DNA of 64,000 bases from an uncultured Acidobacteriota bacterium (lineage in GTDB: Bacteria > Acidobacteriota > Thermoanaerobaculia > Gp7-AA8): assembly GCA_963741955.1 (NCBI GenBank), contig CAVUKB010000004.1, forward strand, positions 32,001-96,000, in the 5' to 3' direction. Within the stretch, counting starts at the first letter, position 1. Each line of letters begins with the position of its first letter. A model generated the notes under the pieces. That model was not told where the DNA came from and made no database searches. It saw only the letters and a program-made list of their open reading frames with translations. This document shows, piece by piece, positions 9,758 to 20,593 of the stretch. The translations under genes and the position numbers were made by a program.

Positions 9758-10980
9758 GCCGGTCGCGTGCGTGAGGATGCGAGCCCCGACTCCGGCGGTC
9801 GCGTCGCGTGCAGGAGCTCGGTCGCGCGGTTGCACGGGCATCGCAGGCACGCGTCGCGCCCGCCGGGATTTGCGTGATCGGCAACGTGAGTTGTTCTTCG
9901 TGCGCGCGATCCCCGGGTTCCGGCGCGGAGCGCTTTCACCCTGGGCTGGCCGCATTTCTCACATCGTCTCTGCTGCGGAGACGGAGAGTGGCCCGTCTGC
10001 TACGTTGCGCACAGCTTCGGCTCCTCAACATAGTCACCACTATGCCTTCGTCGCCGAAGCTGCGCGCGCCTTGCATCCAGGCCACTCTCCGCCTCCTCGC
10101 GACGAGACGGTGTGAGAAATGCGGGCTAGTGTCAATCGTGCCTCCGGCACGGGAGGCGGCGCGAGTGGGAGGAGTCGCGCCTGTGGGCGAGAACTGCACG
10201 TGTTTCGCGAATTGAGACGAGGCGATTCTGCACGACTTCTGAATTCGAGTTTCGGTGTCGCCCCTCACCCTGACCCTCTCCCCGAATGGGGATGTCGGCT
10301 GAAGTTCGTGAATACGGACGGGGAGAGGGGACCGCCCCCCGACCCGGCGAGTGTGCGAGCATCCCACGGTCGTTCGGATCTCGGTTCCTGCCTCCGGCGG
10401 TCACGCCGCGTGCAGAACGTTTCGCCCGCGCGAAGGTTTGGTCCGGCGGGCACGCGTCGCGCCCGGCGGTGTTTTCGCGAGGGGCAACAGGGATATCTAT
10501 CGCGCGCGCGCGATCCCTGTCAATCGTGCCTACGGCACTGGAGGCGGCGCGAGTGGGAGTGAGTCGCGCCTGGTGGGCGAGAACTGCACGTGTTTCGCGA
10601 ATTGCGACGAGGCGATTCTGCACGATTTCTGAATTCGGGTTTCGGTGTCGCCCCTCACCCTGACCCTCTCCCCGAATGGGGATGTCGGCTGAAGTTCGTG
10701 AATACGGACGGGGAGAGGGGACCGCCCCCCGACCCGGCGAGTGCGTGAGCATCCCTCGGTCGTTCGGATCTCGGTTCATGCCTCCGGCGGTCACGCCGCG
10801 TGCAGGAGTTCGTTCGCGCGATGGCTTCGTTCCGGCGGGCACGAATTCATGGGAGCGAGCGTCCGGCGTTCGAGAGCAAGGGCGCGGTAGCTCGCTCCGT
10901 GGGTTCGGGCAACCAGAGTTTTGGAGCACGGATGGTTCGGGCGAGCGATGCGACGCGCACGTGCATTTCGTGAACACGAT
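9758..10980. repeat. Composite palindromic repeat cluster: MITE-A at ~9950-10125, two CCCCTCACCCTGACCCTCTCCCC...GGGGAGAGGG units, CGTGCCT(A/C)CGGCAC hairpins
   Basis: ~10130-10415 repeats at ~10520-10805; same modules recur at 20.4, 22.4 and 27.2-28.6 kb. Confidence 0.85.
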
Positions 10981-11128
10981 CTCGAGCCATCGCCGGAGAG
11001 CTTCGAGGCGATGCCCGTGTTCGATCGGGCGACCGACGATGCATCCTCCTCTTCGAGTCCGCACCCCTGCATCGCGTCAAACTGCGATCGTCGGGTAGAA
11101 TCCCGCGGATCATGATGGAGACTACGAC

Positions 11129-12481
11129 ATGAAGCTCCACGTTCCTCACACCTGGGTCCTGCTGTTCTCCCTCATTCTCCTCGCGGCCCTTGCCACCTGG
11201 TTCATTCCTGCCGGCGAGTACCGGTACGTGGATGCCGGTGGGCGATCACTGGTCGACCCGACGAGCTTCCACTCGGTGCCGCCCCAGCCGGCCGGAGTGA
11301 TCGATGCGCTGCTCGCGTTTCCGCGCGGTTTGACCGAAACGGCTGCGATCGTGTTCTACATCTTCATCATCGGTGGGGCATTCGGGGTGATCGACGAGAG
11401 CGGCGCGATTTCCGGAGGCATCGATGCCGTCGTGAAAGGAAGCGGGGGGCGTGGAGAATATGTGCTCCCGTTGCTCATGGTTCTGTTCGCGATCGCCGGC
11501 GGCACGATCGGAATGGCGGAGGAGACTCTACCGTTCCTTCCGGGACTGGTGATCCTCTCGCGCCGGCTCGGCTACGACCGGATCACGGGGGGCGCCATCG
11601 CGCTCGTCGGCGCGGGCGCCGGCTTCGCCGGGGCCTTTCTCAACCCGTTCACGGTGGGTGTCGCACAGGGGATTGCCGGGCTCCCGCTGTTTTCCGGGAT
11701 CTCGTACCGCTTGCTCGCATGGGTGTCGATGACGACGATCGGGATCGCGTACGTGAGTCATTACGCGAGGAGGATCCGCGTCACTCCATCCGAGGCAGCC
11801 GAGGAGGGGCCGGGGCGGGATTCGGGTGGCCTGACGTCACGTCATGTGCTCGTTCTCGCGGTCGTGATCATGGCGCTGGGTGCCGTCGTCGTCGGGGCAA
11901 TGCGCTGGAGTTGGGGTATTCCGGAACTTTCGGCGCTGTTCCTCGCGGTCGCGATCGCCGCGGGGCTGGCCGGCGGGCTGGGAGCGGACGGGACCGCTCA
12001 GGCGTTCGTCAACGGAGCTGCGGCGATTGCAGGAGGCGCGTTGGTGGTGGGACTCGCGCGTGGCGTGTTGGTGGTATTCGAGCACGCTCACGTGATTGAC
12101 ACGATCCTGAACCGGCTGTCGATGGCCGTGGCCGGACTCCCCGGGTGGGCCAGCGCTGCAGGTGTTTATGGGGTTCAGGTGCTTCTCAACTTTCTGGTTC
12201 CCTCGGGCAGCGGTCAGGCCGCCCTTTCGATTCCGATTCTCGCGCCGCTGGGAGATCTGGTGGGGGTCACCCGACAGACCAGCGTCCTCGCGTTTCAACT
12301 CGGAGATGGAATCACGAACGTCTTCACGCCGACTCAGGGTTACTTCATGGCAGGGCTCGCGGTGATCGGCGTTTCGTGGGTCGACTGGGCCCGATTCATC
12401 TGGCGTTTGATACTGCTCTGGCTCGCCGCAGGGCTCGTGTTGGTCCTCATCGCGCACGCCATGCGCCTGGGGCCGTTCTGA
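11129..12481 (+). CDS. YfcC/ArcD-like (DcuC/AbgT-related) transporter, putative basic amino acid or dipeptide antiporter
   Basis: PHTWVLL..IPAGEY, GGAFGVI, NPFTVGVAQGIAGLP, PSGSGQA, AFQLGDG motifs; ~11-12 TM. Confidence 0.88.
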   Translation: MKLHVPHTWVLLFSLILLAALATWFIPAGEYRYVDAGGRSLVDPTSFHSVPPQPAGVIDALLAFPRGLTETAAIVFYIFIIGGAFGVIDESGAISGGIDAVVKGSGGRGEYVLPLLMVLFAIAGGTIGMAEETLPFLPGLVILSRRLGYDRITGGAIALVGAGAGFAGAFLNPFTVGVAQGIAGLPLFSGISYRLLAWVSMTTIGIAYVSHYARRIRVTPSEAAEEGPGRDSGGLTSRHVLVLAVVIMALGAVVVGAMRWSWGIPELSALFLAVAIAAGLAGGLGADGTAQAFVNGAAAIAGGALVVGLARGVLVVFEHAHVIDTILNRLSMAVAGLPGWASAAGVYGVQVLLNFLVPSGSGQAALSIPILAPLGDLVGVTRQTSVLAFQLGDGITNVFTPTQGYFMAGLAVIGVSWVDWARFIWRLILLWLAAGLVLVLIAHAMRLGPF

Positions 12482-12494
12482 TCGGAGATTGGGT

Positions 12495-13235
12495 ATGAGC
12501 CTGAGAAAAGCAATGCAGATTCTCGACCTGTTGAGCCAGCCTCCATTCGAATATCGGGTCGCGGAGATCAGCCAGCAGACTGGAATCAATCGCACCAGCG
12601 TCTATCGCATCCTCCGAACGCTCGCGAACCAGGATTACCTGGTGCACTCTCCTGCGACGAATCGATACAGGATCGGTCCGATGCTTCATCACGTCGGCTC
12701 CACGTACGTGAACAATCTGAACTGGCACGAGAAGGTCGAGGAGACCCTCGACGCGCTGGCGAACGAAACCCGTGAATCGGTCGGATTCGCGGTCCGGGAG
12801 GGGGACCTGGTCATCTCGCTTTACGAGGTCGAGACGCACCAACCGTTCCGAATGAACTACCGGCCAGGGGCGATCTATCCGATGAATCGTGGCTGCTACG
12901 GGAAATGTCTGATGGCGTACCACAATCCGGTACGAGTGGAGAAGCTCTTGCGCTCTCAGAAATTCGAAAAGCACCTGCCGAACACGCTCACGGATTCCGA
13001 TGAGATTCTGGCCGAATACGCGAGAATCAGGGAACAGGGATACGTGATCAGCGATGGCGAGACCTTCAGTCCTTCCGCCGTCGGGGTCGGGGTGCCCATC
13101 TTCAGCCGCGACGGTGAAGCGAGGTCATGCATGGTGGTGGCGTTCATCAAGGGCACCGATTACCAGGAGCGGGTCACGAAGTACCTCGCAGCTCTTCGAG
13201 ACCACGCGGAAAAGCTCTCCCGTTTCATCCCCTGA
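12495..13235 (+). CDS. IclR family transcriptional regulator
   Basis: SLRKAMQILDLL HTH, SVYRILRTL, GKCLMA, IREQGY, GVGVPIF. Confidence 0.92.
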   Translation: MSLRKAMQILDLLSQPPFEYRVAEISQQTGINRTSVYRILRTLANQDYLVHSPATNRYRIGPMLHHVGSTYVNNLNWHEKVEETLDALANETRESVGFAVREGDLVISLYEVETHQPFRMNYRPGAIYPMNRGCYGKCLMAYHNPVRVEKLLRSQKFEKHLPNTLTDSDEILAEYARIREQGYVISDGETFSPSAVGVGVPIFSRDGEARSCMVVAFIKGTDYQERVTKYLAALRDHAEKLSRFIP

Positions 13236-13307
13236 ATCCTGCCCCACGTCACCTGCCACGAGCCTCCGCTCGCCCTCCCGCACGGATCGATGAAATATTC
13301 CGCAGCG

Positions 13308-13374
13308 TTGACACCCCGTTCGTGGAGGTGTATACCGATGTTCTACTGCTGAACAATTGTTCGCATATCGAACA
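13308..13374 (+). promoter_or_regulatory. Sigma70-like promoter plus two tandem IclR-type operators
   Basis: TTGACA (13308)-17 bp-TATACC; TGTTC-N7-GAACA at 13339-13355 and 13358-13374. Confidence 0.7.
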
Positions 13375-13437
13375 TGAAGCCAGTATCGCCCCTGGAATGC
13401 TCCATCCGGACCGACCCGGTGAAATAGGAGATGCCGC

Positions 13438-16092
13438 ATGAAACGAACGATTTTGATTCTCATGGCTCTCGTCAACCTGTTCCCACTCATGGCCCGTGCG
13501 CAAGGTGTGCAGTATGGTTCCGTGATCGGAACCGTGCGGGACAACAACGGCGGAGCGCTGCCCGGAGTCACGGTCACAGCGGCGAGTGCGGTGTTGCAGG
13601 GCACGCGAACCGTGGTGAGCGGAACCGATGGGGGATTCCGCATAACTCCCGTTCCTGCGGGTAGTTACACGATCTCGTTCGAGCTGGAGGGATTCCAGCC
13701 GCGGACGGTGAACCACGTGATCGTGAATCTCGGGACGGCGACGGAAGTGAATGCGGATCTATCGATCGGCTCGTACTCCGAATCGATGAGCGTAACGGCG
13801 AATTCGGCGGTGGTGGATACGACGAAGTCGACGGTCGACACCGCGATTCCGTCGGAGCTCGCCCAGACGCTGCCGACGAGCCGGAGCTTCATCCAGTTGA
13901 TGGAGATGGCTCCGAATGTGGAACCAGGCCTGTACGCGCCGCTCTCCGCTGGCCAATCGAATAGCTCGAACCTCTTCCTGGTCGACGGCATCGATACCAC
14001 TGACCCACGGGTTCAGATCTCGGGATCGATGATCAATTGGGACACGATCGCGGCCACCCAGATGCAGACCGCGGGATTCAGTGCCGAGTATGGCCGAGCG
14101 ACGGGTGCGGTTCTGAACCTGGTCACGAAATCGGGAGGAAACGACGTTCGCGGAACGGCGCGAGTCATTCTGTCTCGCGAATCGTGGTCTGCATCGCCTG
14201 GAATCGATCACGAGACGGGCCGGGCGAAGAGCGGCTCTGCGCAGAACGAGGAGACCCGGCCGAGCGTGACGTTGGGTGGTCCCATGATGAGGGACCGCCT
14301 CTGGTTCTTCGGCTCGTACGAGAATCGGGATCAGAGCACGGGTTTCAGCCGATATGCAACGCTCGACGACATTCTGACCGGTCGGCTGAGCCAGGAGCGA
14401 AGTTCTCTGAAAGGGCACTATTCGTCGTTCAAACTGAGCTGGCAGTTGAATCCGCAGCATCAGCTGGTCGGTTTCTACAACGACGATCCGGTGGTGCAGT
14501 CGCACGTGCAGGGCTACATATACGGTCCGATCTACAACCAGGACACCGAGCGAAACCAGTCGATGGGAGGACGAAACTACTCCCTGCAGTGGACGGGGAT
14601 GCTGACACCATCCTTCTTCGTGGAAGCGAAGCTCCAGAAGCACAGGAACGAGGTCACGCTCCGACCCGAATCACCGACCTTCAATCAGGTTCCGTACACG
14701 TATGATCTGGCCTGGGGGTACGCGTCCGGCGGTCCTTCGATCGACTACAGCTCGATTCGCGAGCGCGAGGGCGGTCTCGTGTCGGCGAGCCGCTACTTCT
14801 CTACGGAATCGTTGGGAAGTCACGAGCTGAAGGGAGGCATCGAGTACCTGGATATCGCGCCGAACACGGCCAACGTCTGGAATACTGCCGGTCAGTACTG
14901 GAACTGGCAGGGAAGTCCGTACGTCCGATTCCTCTACAAGGACCAGGAGGGATTCGTCAAGAGTCAGCAGGACTACTCGGCCATGTACGTGCAGGACAAT
15001 TGGACGCTCGGCAAGCTTACACTGAACCTCGGGGTTCGTGCCGAATCGACGACGATCAAGAACAATCGGGGAAAGGAGATCGTCAAGTTCGGATTCGGCA
15101 AAGAGCTCGCTCCTCGTCTCGGATTCGCCTACGATCTGGGTGGCGACTCGATTCACGCCTCGGTCGGCCGCTATTACTATCTCGCAACGAACTACATCGG
15201 TGACGCGTTCAGCCAGACGACGGATCACGTTCAGCGATGGGAATGGAATTACACCTGTAGTCCTGCGAGTGCAGCCTACTACGACCATCCCGACTCCTGC
15301 TGGAACCTGATGTACGACATACCGGTGAATGCCGGAGGCGCGACGATCGACCCGAATCTGAAGCCGGCGTATCTCGATGAAATATCGGTAGGGTACGATC
15401 GACTTCTCCGCGGCGATCTCGCGCTGAGGGCCAACTTCGTCTGGAACTGGCAGGACAATCAGATCGACTGGTACGATCCGACCGGAAGCGGAGTCTACCA
15501 GATCACGAACGTTCCCAAGAAGTCGGATGTCGGCAACAAGAAGTGGAGTGAGTATCAGGCCGTCACGCTGGCGTTGGAGAAACGTTTCGGTCCGGACGGA
15601 CTGCAGTTCCTGGCGAGCTACACCTACGCCCTGAAGAATGATTCGTGGGGTGTCACGTGGCGCGATATCGGACAGTACACTTTTTCCAATCCGGAACTCG
15701 TCGATCCCCAGCGCTACGGGAGAACGCAGTCACCTCACAGAGTGAAGCTCTTCGGGTCGTACAAGATGCCATGGCGTACCGTCGTCGGCCTGAACGCGAC
15801 CTGGTCATCGGGCAATTTGTACACCGCGACGGCTCCCGGCGATTGGGGTTCGGTATTCATCGAGAGACGCGGTTCGTCGAAGGTCGGGTCCAACTGGGGC
15901 GCGGATCTTTACGTGGAGCAGCCTTTCAAGATGGGTCCGTTGACCCTTGCCGGCTACGTGAACGCGTTCAACGTGTTCAACAATCAGCAGGTGACGGCGC
16001 GCGTCTCGAACTCCGCTCTGGCCACCTTCCGGAGTCCCGCGGCGTGGCAATCTCCCCGGCGATTCGAGGTTGGATTCCGACTGGCGTTCTGA
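13438..16092 (+). CDS. TonB-dependent receptor (Oar-like, carboxypeptidase-regulatory N-domain)
   Basis: Signal peptide, GTVRD..LPGVTVT, SAEYGRATGAVLNLVTKSGGN, YVQDNW, APRLGFAYD, terminal Phe. Confidence 0.93.
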   Translation: MKRTILILMALVNLFPLMARAQGVQYGSVIGTVRDNNGGALPGVTVTAASAVLQGTRTVVSGTDGGFRITPVPAGSYTISFELEGFQPRTVNHVIVNLGTATEVNADLSIGSYSESMSVTANSAVVDTTKSTVDTAIPSELAQTLPTSRSFIQLMEMAPNVEPGLYAPLSAGQSNSSNLFLVDGIDTTDPRVQISGSMINWDTIAATQMQTAGFSAEYGRATGAVLNLVTKSGGNDVRGTARVILSRESWSASPGIDHETGRAKSGSAQNEETRPSVTLGGPMMRDRLWFFGSYENRDQSTGFSRYATLDDILTGRLSQERSSLKGHYSSFKLSWQLNPQHQLVGFYNDDPVVQSHVQGYIYGPIYNQDTERNQSMGGRNYSLQWTGMLTPSFFVEAKLQKHRNEVTLRPESPTFNQVPYTYDLAWGYASGGPSIDYSSIREREGGLVSASRYFSTESLGSHELKGGIEYLDIAPNTANVWNTAGQYWNWQGSPYVRFLYKDQEGFVKSQQDYSAMYVQDNWTLGKLTLNLGVRAESTTIKNNRGKEIVKFGFGKELAPRLGFAYDLGGDSIHASVGRYYYLATNYIGDAFSQTTDHVQRWEWNYTCSPASAAYYDHPDSCWNLMYDIPVNAGGATIDPNLKPAYLDEISVGYDRLLRGDLALRANFVWNWQDNQIDWYDPTGSGVYQITNVPKKSDVGNKKWSEYQAVTLALEKRFGPDGLQFLASYTYALKNDSWGVTWRDIGQYTFSNPELVDPQRYGRTQSPHRVKLFGSYKMPWRTVVGLNATWSSGNLYTATAPGDWGSVFIERRGSSKVGSNWGADLYVEQPFKMGPLTLAGYVNAFNVFNNQQVTARVSNSALATFRSPAAWQSPRRFEVGFRLAF

Positions 16093-16124
16093 TCGAAACG
16101 GCAGCGCAGAGAGAGGAGTGTCAC

Positions 16125-17312
16125 GTGACAAATGTGATCGAGATTCTCCGTGATCTCGTGTCGTTCAATACCGTGAGCAGCAAGCCCACGGCCGGAATCC
16201 TCGAGTACGTCATCTCCCGCCTCGAGAAGGTTGGATTCACCTGCGAGACGTTCGGTGAGGACGGTCGCTTTCAGAACCTCATCGCACGCAATGCGGCCGC
16301 GATCGGGTGGAATCCCGAAGCTCCGCGATATCGGGCATTCTGCGGTCATGTCGATACCGTGCCGTTCGACCGCAACGCCTGGATAAACGACCCGTTCGAG
16401 TTGACCGAGGTCGAAGGCATGTTGCACGGCCTCGGCGCGAGTGACATGAAGGGTGCACTCGCCAGCATGCTGGTTTCGCTGGAGTCGGTAGCAGTGTCGG
16501 ACCCGTCGGCTCCTCTCGCGCTGGTTCTGACGCATCACGAGGAGACCGCTCTGGAAGGGGCGAACGAACTGGTGCGGTCGACTGAGGCGATGGCGCGGCT
16601 CCAGCCCATGCAATTGATCATTGGCGAACCGACCGGGCTTTCCATCGGCTATGCGCACAAAGGAGTGTTCGATTTCAGCGTGACCGTACGGGGAAGAGCC
16701 GCGCATTCGGGGAGTCCTCACCGCGGCCTCAATGCAATTTACGCGGCGTCGGAGATCGTCACGAGTATCGCAGGGCTGCAGGTGCGATGGAACGAGACCA
16801 GCGACCCGCGCTTCGAGTCCGGCAATGCGGTGAATGTGGGGATACTTCATGGTGGAGACGTCCGAAATCGAGTTCCCGATCAGGCTGAACTGGCCGGAGA
16901 CGCCAGACTGCTTCCCGGCACGACCCCTGACGAGGTGATCGGGGTGATCGAACGTGATTGTGAGCGTTTGCGGCACCACGGATTTCGGTGTGATCTGCAA
17001 AAGGATTTTTCCGCCCCCGCATTCGAGATGGATCGTGACTCCGGTTTTATCGCGGAGCTGCACGACATCACGAGGTCGGAGCGGCTGACACTCGGGTATG
17101 CGACGGACGCAGCCGTGCTGCAGGGAATCGGAGGACTCGAGTGCGCCGTTCTCGGCCCCGGCGACATCCGGGTATGCCATATGCCCAACGAGTGTATCGA
17201 GAAGCGGCAACTGGACGCCGCCGTCTCGCTGTATTCGCGTATTCTGCTGAATCAACCGTGCGCGACGGTTTCCGGAGCAACCGTCGACATCGATTCGAGG
17301 AGACCAGCATGA
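16125..17312 (+). CDS. M20/ArgE-family deacylase or peptidase
   Basis: GTG start after GAGGAG; GHVDTVP, GASDMKG, HEE, GEPT, AAHSG, YATDA, GPG..CH.PNE. Confidence 0.9.
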   Translation: MTNVIEILRDLVSFNTVSSKPTAGILEYVISRLEKVGFTCETFGEDGRFQNLIARNAAAIGWNPEAPRYRAFCGHVDTVPFDRNAWINDPFELTEVEGMLHGLGASDMKGALASMLVSLESVAVSDPSAPLALVLTHHEETALEGANELVRSTEAMARLQPMQLIIGEPTGLSIGYAHKGVFDFSVTVRGRAAHSGSPHRGLNAIYAASEIVTSIAGLQVRWNETSDPRFESGNAVNVGILHGGDVRNRVPDQAELAGDARLLPGTTPDEVIGVIERDCERLRHHGFRCDLQKDFSAPAFEMDRDSGFIAELHDITRSERLTLGYATDAAVLQGIGGLECAVLGPGDIRVCHMPNECIEKRQLDAAVSLYSRILLNQPCATVSGATVDIDSRRPA

Positions 17313-17923
17313 GAAGTCCGATACGTGTCGTTTCGTTCGTGGTACTCGTCGTGATGTGGATTTCTTCGGTGTCGGCCGCCGACTCACCGAAGAAACATCC
17401 GGACCGTGTGATGCTGCCGCTTCGTGCGTACCAGCAGACGACTTCCTACACCTGTGGTCCGGCGAGTCTGCTGACGCTACTGCACTACTATGGCCGGGAC
17501 GGTGACGAGATGAAAATCGCGAACGAAGCTCACTGCACCGCCGATAAGGGAACCTCACCAGGCCACATGGTCGAATGGCTCGAGGGTAACGGATTCGATG
17601 TTACGTGGGGCGAGCACGGATCGCTCGAAATGCTTCGCGACAATCTGGATCAGAACATCCCGACGCTCGTCGAGTGGATCGACTATGGCGGACACTGGGT
17701 GATCGTGGTCGGATACGATACGAAGGGAACAGTCTCAGATCGGGACGACGTGATCTATTTCGCCGATCCCGCGGATGGACACGACGGCGACCGCGACGGA
17801 TTGACATCGTTCAATGCGCGTCGCTTCAATGCGATGTGGTTCGATGCCTTTCTGTTCGAACACCCCATGTTCAAAGTCTACATCACCGCGGTGCCGCATC
17901 GCGGGACGAAGGCCGGCAACTGA
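17309..17923 (+). CDS. Secreted C39-like (papain-fold) cysteine peptidase
   Basis: Signal peptide; YQQTTSYTCGPASL, GHWVIVVGYD, YFADP catalytic pattern. Confidence 0.85.
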   Translation: MRSPIRVVSFVVLVVMWISSVSAADSPKKHPDRVMLPLRAYQQTTSYTCGPASLLTLLHYYGRDGDEMKIANEAHCTADKGTSPGHMVEWLEGNGFDVTWGEHGSLEMLRDNLDQNIPTLVEWIDYGGHWVIVVGYDTKGTVSDRDDVIYFADPADGHDGDRDGLTSFNARRFNAMWFDAFLFEHPMFKVYITAVPHRGTKAGN

Positions 17924-17927
17924 GCGG

Positions 17928-20366
17928 TCAGTTGCCAGCGTGAGCACCGAGCCGCTCGAGCTCATGCTGCGCAGCGACGTCGGCGGGGTCGAGTCGTAGC
18001 GTGCTGCTGAGTTCTCTGCGGGCCCCGTCGACGTCTCCTGTTCTCTCCAGCACGAGGGCGAGATTTCGGTGCGCGGCTGCGCTGTCGGGACTCAGTTCGA
18101 CCGCGCGCTGCAGGCAGGTTCGTGCTTCGGGATATTGCCGCTGCTCGCCGAGAAAAACTCCGGCATTCAGCCAGATAGCCACGCTGTCGGGGAAACGCCG
18201 TCGACCCTCAGCGAAGATCGAGCTCGCTCGATCCAACTGTCCCTTCTCCCGGTAGTCGAGAGCGAGTCGAACGACGTTCATCTCGCGGTCGGCCAGTCCA
18301 CGGTCGACCGCAGACCAGAACTCGCGATCTGCGTCATCATCCAGGCCTTGCCTTCTGTAGAGCAATGAGAGGTTGTGATGGGGTGGTGCGTAAGTGGCGT
18401 CTGATCGGATCGCCCTGCGGAAATCCGCCTCCGCCTCGTCGAGATGGCCCCCGGCCAATTGAGATGTGCCGAGATTGTTCCAGCGGCGAGCCTCGGTCCG
18501 CGACCCTTCCGAGGGGGCGTTCGCGGATTTGCGGTCCGGGGCCGGAGCCGAGCCGAGATACCCGAGGGCACGGAGTTTCGCGAGGAGTTCCTTCTTTGCG
18601 GCGTCCGGCAGGTCGGCGTCGCGCGAAACTGTTCGCGGCAGGAGTGCCGCGTAATTGACAGTGCCGGCATGCCGGCGGACCAGGGGCCCAAGCCATGGGG
18701 GTATCGTTCCTCCGAGCTCCGCACCGGGTGGAAGTCCGGCGATCCTCAGGAGGATCGGAGTCACGTCGACGGGCCGAAGATGTTCACGCGATCTCGTGGG
18801 CGCGATGTCGGGACCGGCCGCTATGAAGACTCCCTGCGGTCGATGCCACCACACCGCGGTCGCTGTATGTGCGCCGGATGCCACCGGAGGGCGGTCCTTT
18901 CCCCAGTGGAATCCATGATCCGAGACGACCACGATGGTGTCCTCGGGCCGGAGGCGTTTCAGGATGGTGCCGATCCACTGATCCACGCTCGCGTAATACC
19001 GATCGACGATTGGGCCGAAGCGGGCGGAATCCGCAATGGAAGCTCCTGGTTGCGCCGGCGGACGATACTTTCCGAAAAGGTGACCAACCGTATCGGTTCC
19101 CTCCAGGTAGGAGAGGATGACGGACGTTCCACGGTCGAGCTCATAATCGGTGAGATGCTCGACTGTCGCGGTGGACGCCAACAATTTCGCCAGACCGGAT
19201 ACGGGCTCGTCCCAGGATGTCTTGCCGCTCCGGATCAGTGTGATCTCGTCGGGCCTCAGGGAGATGAAGGGTTTGAACACCCGAGGATCGAGGCCGGTCA
19301 CGAGCACGCGCATTCGATCGGCGGCTTCGCGCGCGGCGAGAGGCGACGCCATTTTCGGTGCCGTCGTCTCGAGACCCAGAAGCTGTTCCGTCAGACGGTC
19401 CGAATAGATGCTGCAATCCGTAATCTCCCGCGCGGGATAGGTGGCCCACCACCCAACCACCGCGGTTGAACGGTGCGCTGCAGCAGTCATTTCCCACACC
19501 GCCGGGACTTTCCGTGAGCCACTGCCGACCGGCCGGGTCGAGCCGTCCCGCGGGTCCTGCTCCAGAAAATCGAGGACGCCGTGCTTCGCAGGCTCGGTTC
19601 CGGTCGCGAGTGTCGTCCAGATCACCGGTGAGATCAGAGGTGGTGTGGCGTCGAGCTCGGCCTGCGCGCCTCGGCTGCTCAACCGCAGGAGGTTCGGCAT
19701 CAATCCACGGGCCCCCAACTCGTCGACGATGTGCCAGTCGAGAGCGTCGAGACCCAGCACGATCAGCCGTCCGCGGCCGCCCACGAGTGATGCCAGACGC
19801 TTTCGGGCGAGGGCGCGCAATTCGCTGGGCGATGTCGCATGCAGCTCGATTTTCTTGAGGACCGGTCCCGATTTTCCGAGCGAGCCGGCAAGAGTCCTTT
19901 CCATCGACCCGACCTCGGATGCAGGAGCCGAGGGGAAGAGCGTGCGCCATTCGATGGTGGCTTCGGATGCGGCGGAGTTTACGCCGATTCCCCCGAATGT
20001 CTCGCTCATCGATCGTTCGATCCATTCATCGACGGCCGCCTGCCAACCCCGCGCTCGCACGGTCTCCGCGGAAACGGGGAGTTGCCCGGTTCCATCGAGC
20101 CAGAGGGTTGCCCGGATCCCGAGCGAGCTGCTCGACCGAATGACCGTCAGTCCGCCCTCGCGCGGGACGCGGATCCGCCGCGTGAGAATCCAGGGAGAGA
20201 ACGCGATCCGGTGCGGCAGCAGGCGAACCGTTGCTCTGAATCTGCTAACGGCTACCGTCGACGCGTTTCGCGAGGGAATCACGAGAGACGATCCAATGAG
20301 TGCCAGGAGAAGGGCCGTCGCGAATATCAGAATCCATCGACTCCGTCGATGATTGTTGAAGGTCAC
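17928..20366 (-). CDS. Alkaline phosphatase/nucleotide pyrophosphatase family protein with C-terminal TPRs
   Basis: VLGLDALDW, SPVIWTTLATG, DTVGH, VVSDHGF, LRALGY, then TPR motifs; N-terminal membrane anchor. Confidence 0.88.
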   Translation of the reverse strand: MTFNNHRRSRWILIFATALLLALIGSSLVIPSRNASTVAVSRFRATVRLLPHRIAFSPWILTRRIRVPREGGLTVIRSSSSLGIRATLWLDGTGQLPVSAETVRARGWQAAVDEWIERSMSETFGGIGVNSAASEATIEWRTLFPSAPASEVGSMERTLAGSLGKSGPVLKKIELHATSPSELRALARKRLASLVGGRGRLIVLGLDALDWHIVDELGARGLMPNLLRLSSRGAQAELDATPPLISPVIWTTLATGTEPAKHGVLDFLEQDPRDGSTRPVGSGSRKVPAVWEMTAAAHRSTAVVGWWATYPAREITDCSIYSDRLTEQLLGLETTAPKMASPLAAREAADRMRVLVTGLDPRVFKPFISLRPDEITLIRSGKTSWDEPVSGLAKLLASTATVEHLTDYELDRGTSVILSYLEGTDTVGHLFGKYRPPAQPGASIADSARFGPIVDRYYASVDQWIGTILKRLRPEDTIVVVSDHGFHWGKDRPPVASGAHTATAVWWHRPQGVFIAAGPDIAPTRSREHLRPVDVTPILLRIAGLPPGAELGGTIPPWLGPLVRRHAGTVNYAALLPRTVSRDADLPDAAKKELLAKLRALGYLGSAPAPDRKSANAPSEGSRTEARRWNNLGTSQLAGGHLDEAEADFRRAIRSDATYAPPHHNLSLLYRRQGLDDDADREFWSAVDRGLADREMNVVRLALDYREKGQLDRASSIFAEGRRRFPDSVAIWLNAGVFLGEQRQYPEARTCLQRAVELSPDSAAAHRNLALVLERTGDVDGARRELSSTLRLDPADVAAQHELERLGAHAGN

Positions 20367-20593
20367 CCCGGAATGTTATTACGTATGACGTTACTTCGCC
20401 AGATGCCTGTCGTTCGGGCCCGTCTCCTGTCTCCGGCGGTCACGCCGCGTGCAGAACGGTCGTTGGCTAGAGAGCTTCGGTCTGGCAGGCACGCGGCGCG
20501 CCCGCCGGGATTCGCGTGATCGGCAACGTGAGTTGTTCTTCGTGCGCGCGGGAACCCCGGGTTCCGGCGCAGAGCGCCTTCACCCGGGGCTGG

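Noticed and set aside
9661-11149. Numerous short ORFs here and at 27.1-28.6 kb and 59.3-60.2 kb
   Set aside because: All derive from repeat modules and recur in several frames; no RBS or family motifs.
17309-17923. Bacteriocin-processing C39/ABC system
   Set aside because: Stand-alone secreted domain with no ABC transporter or double-glycine precursor in the neighbourhood.
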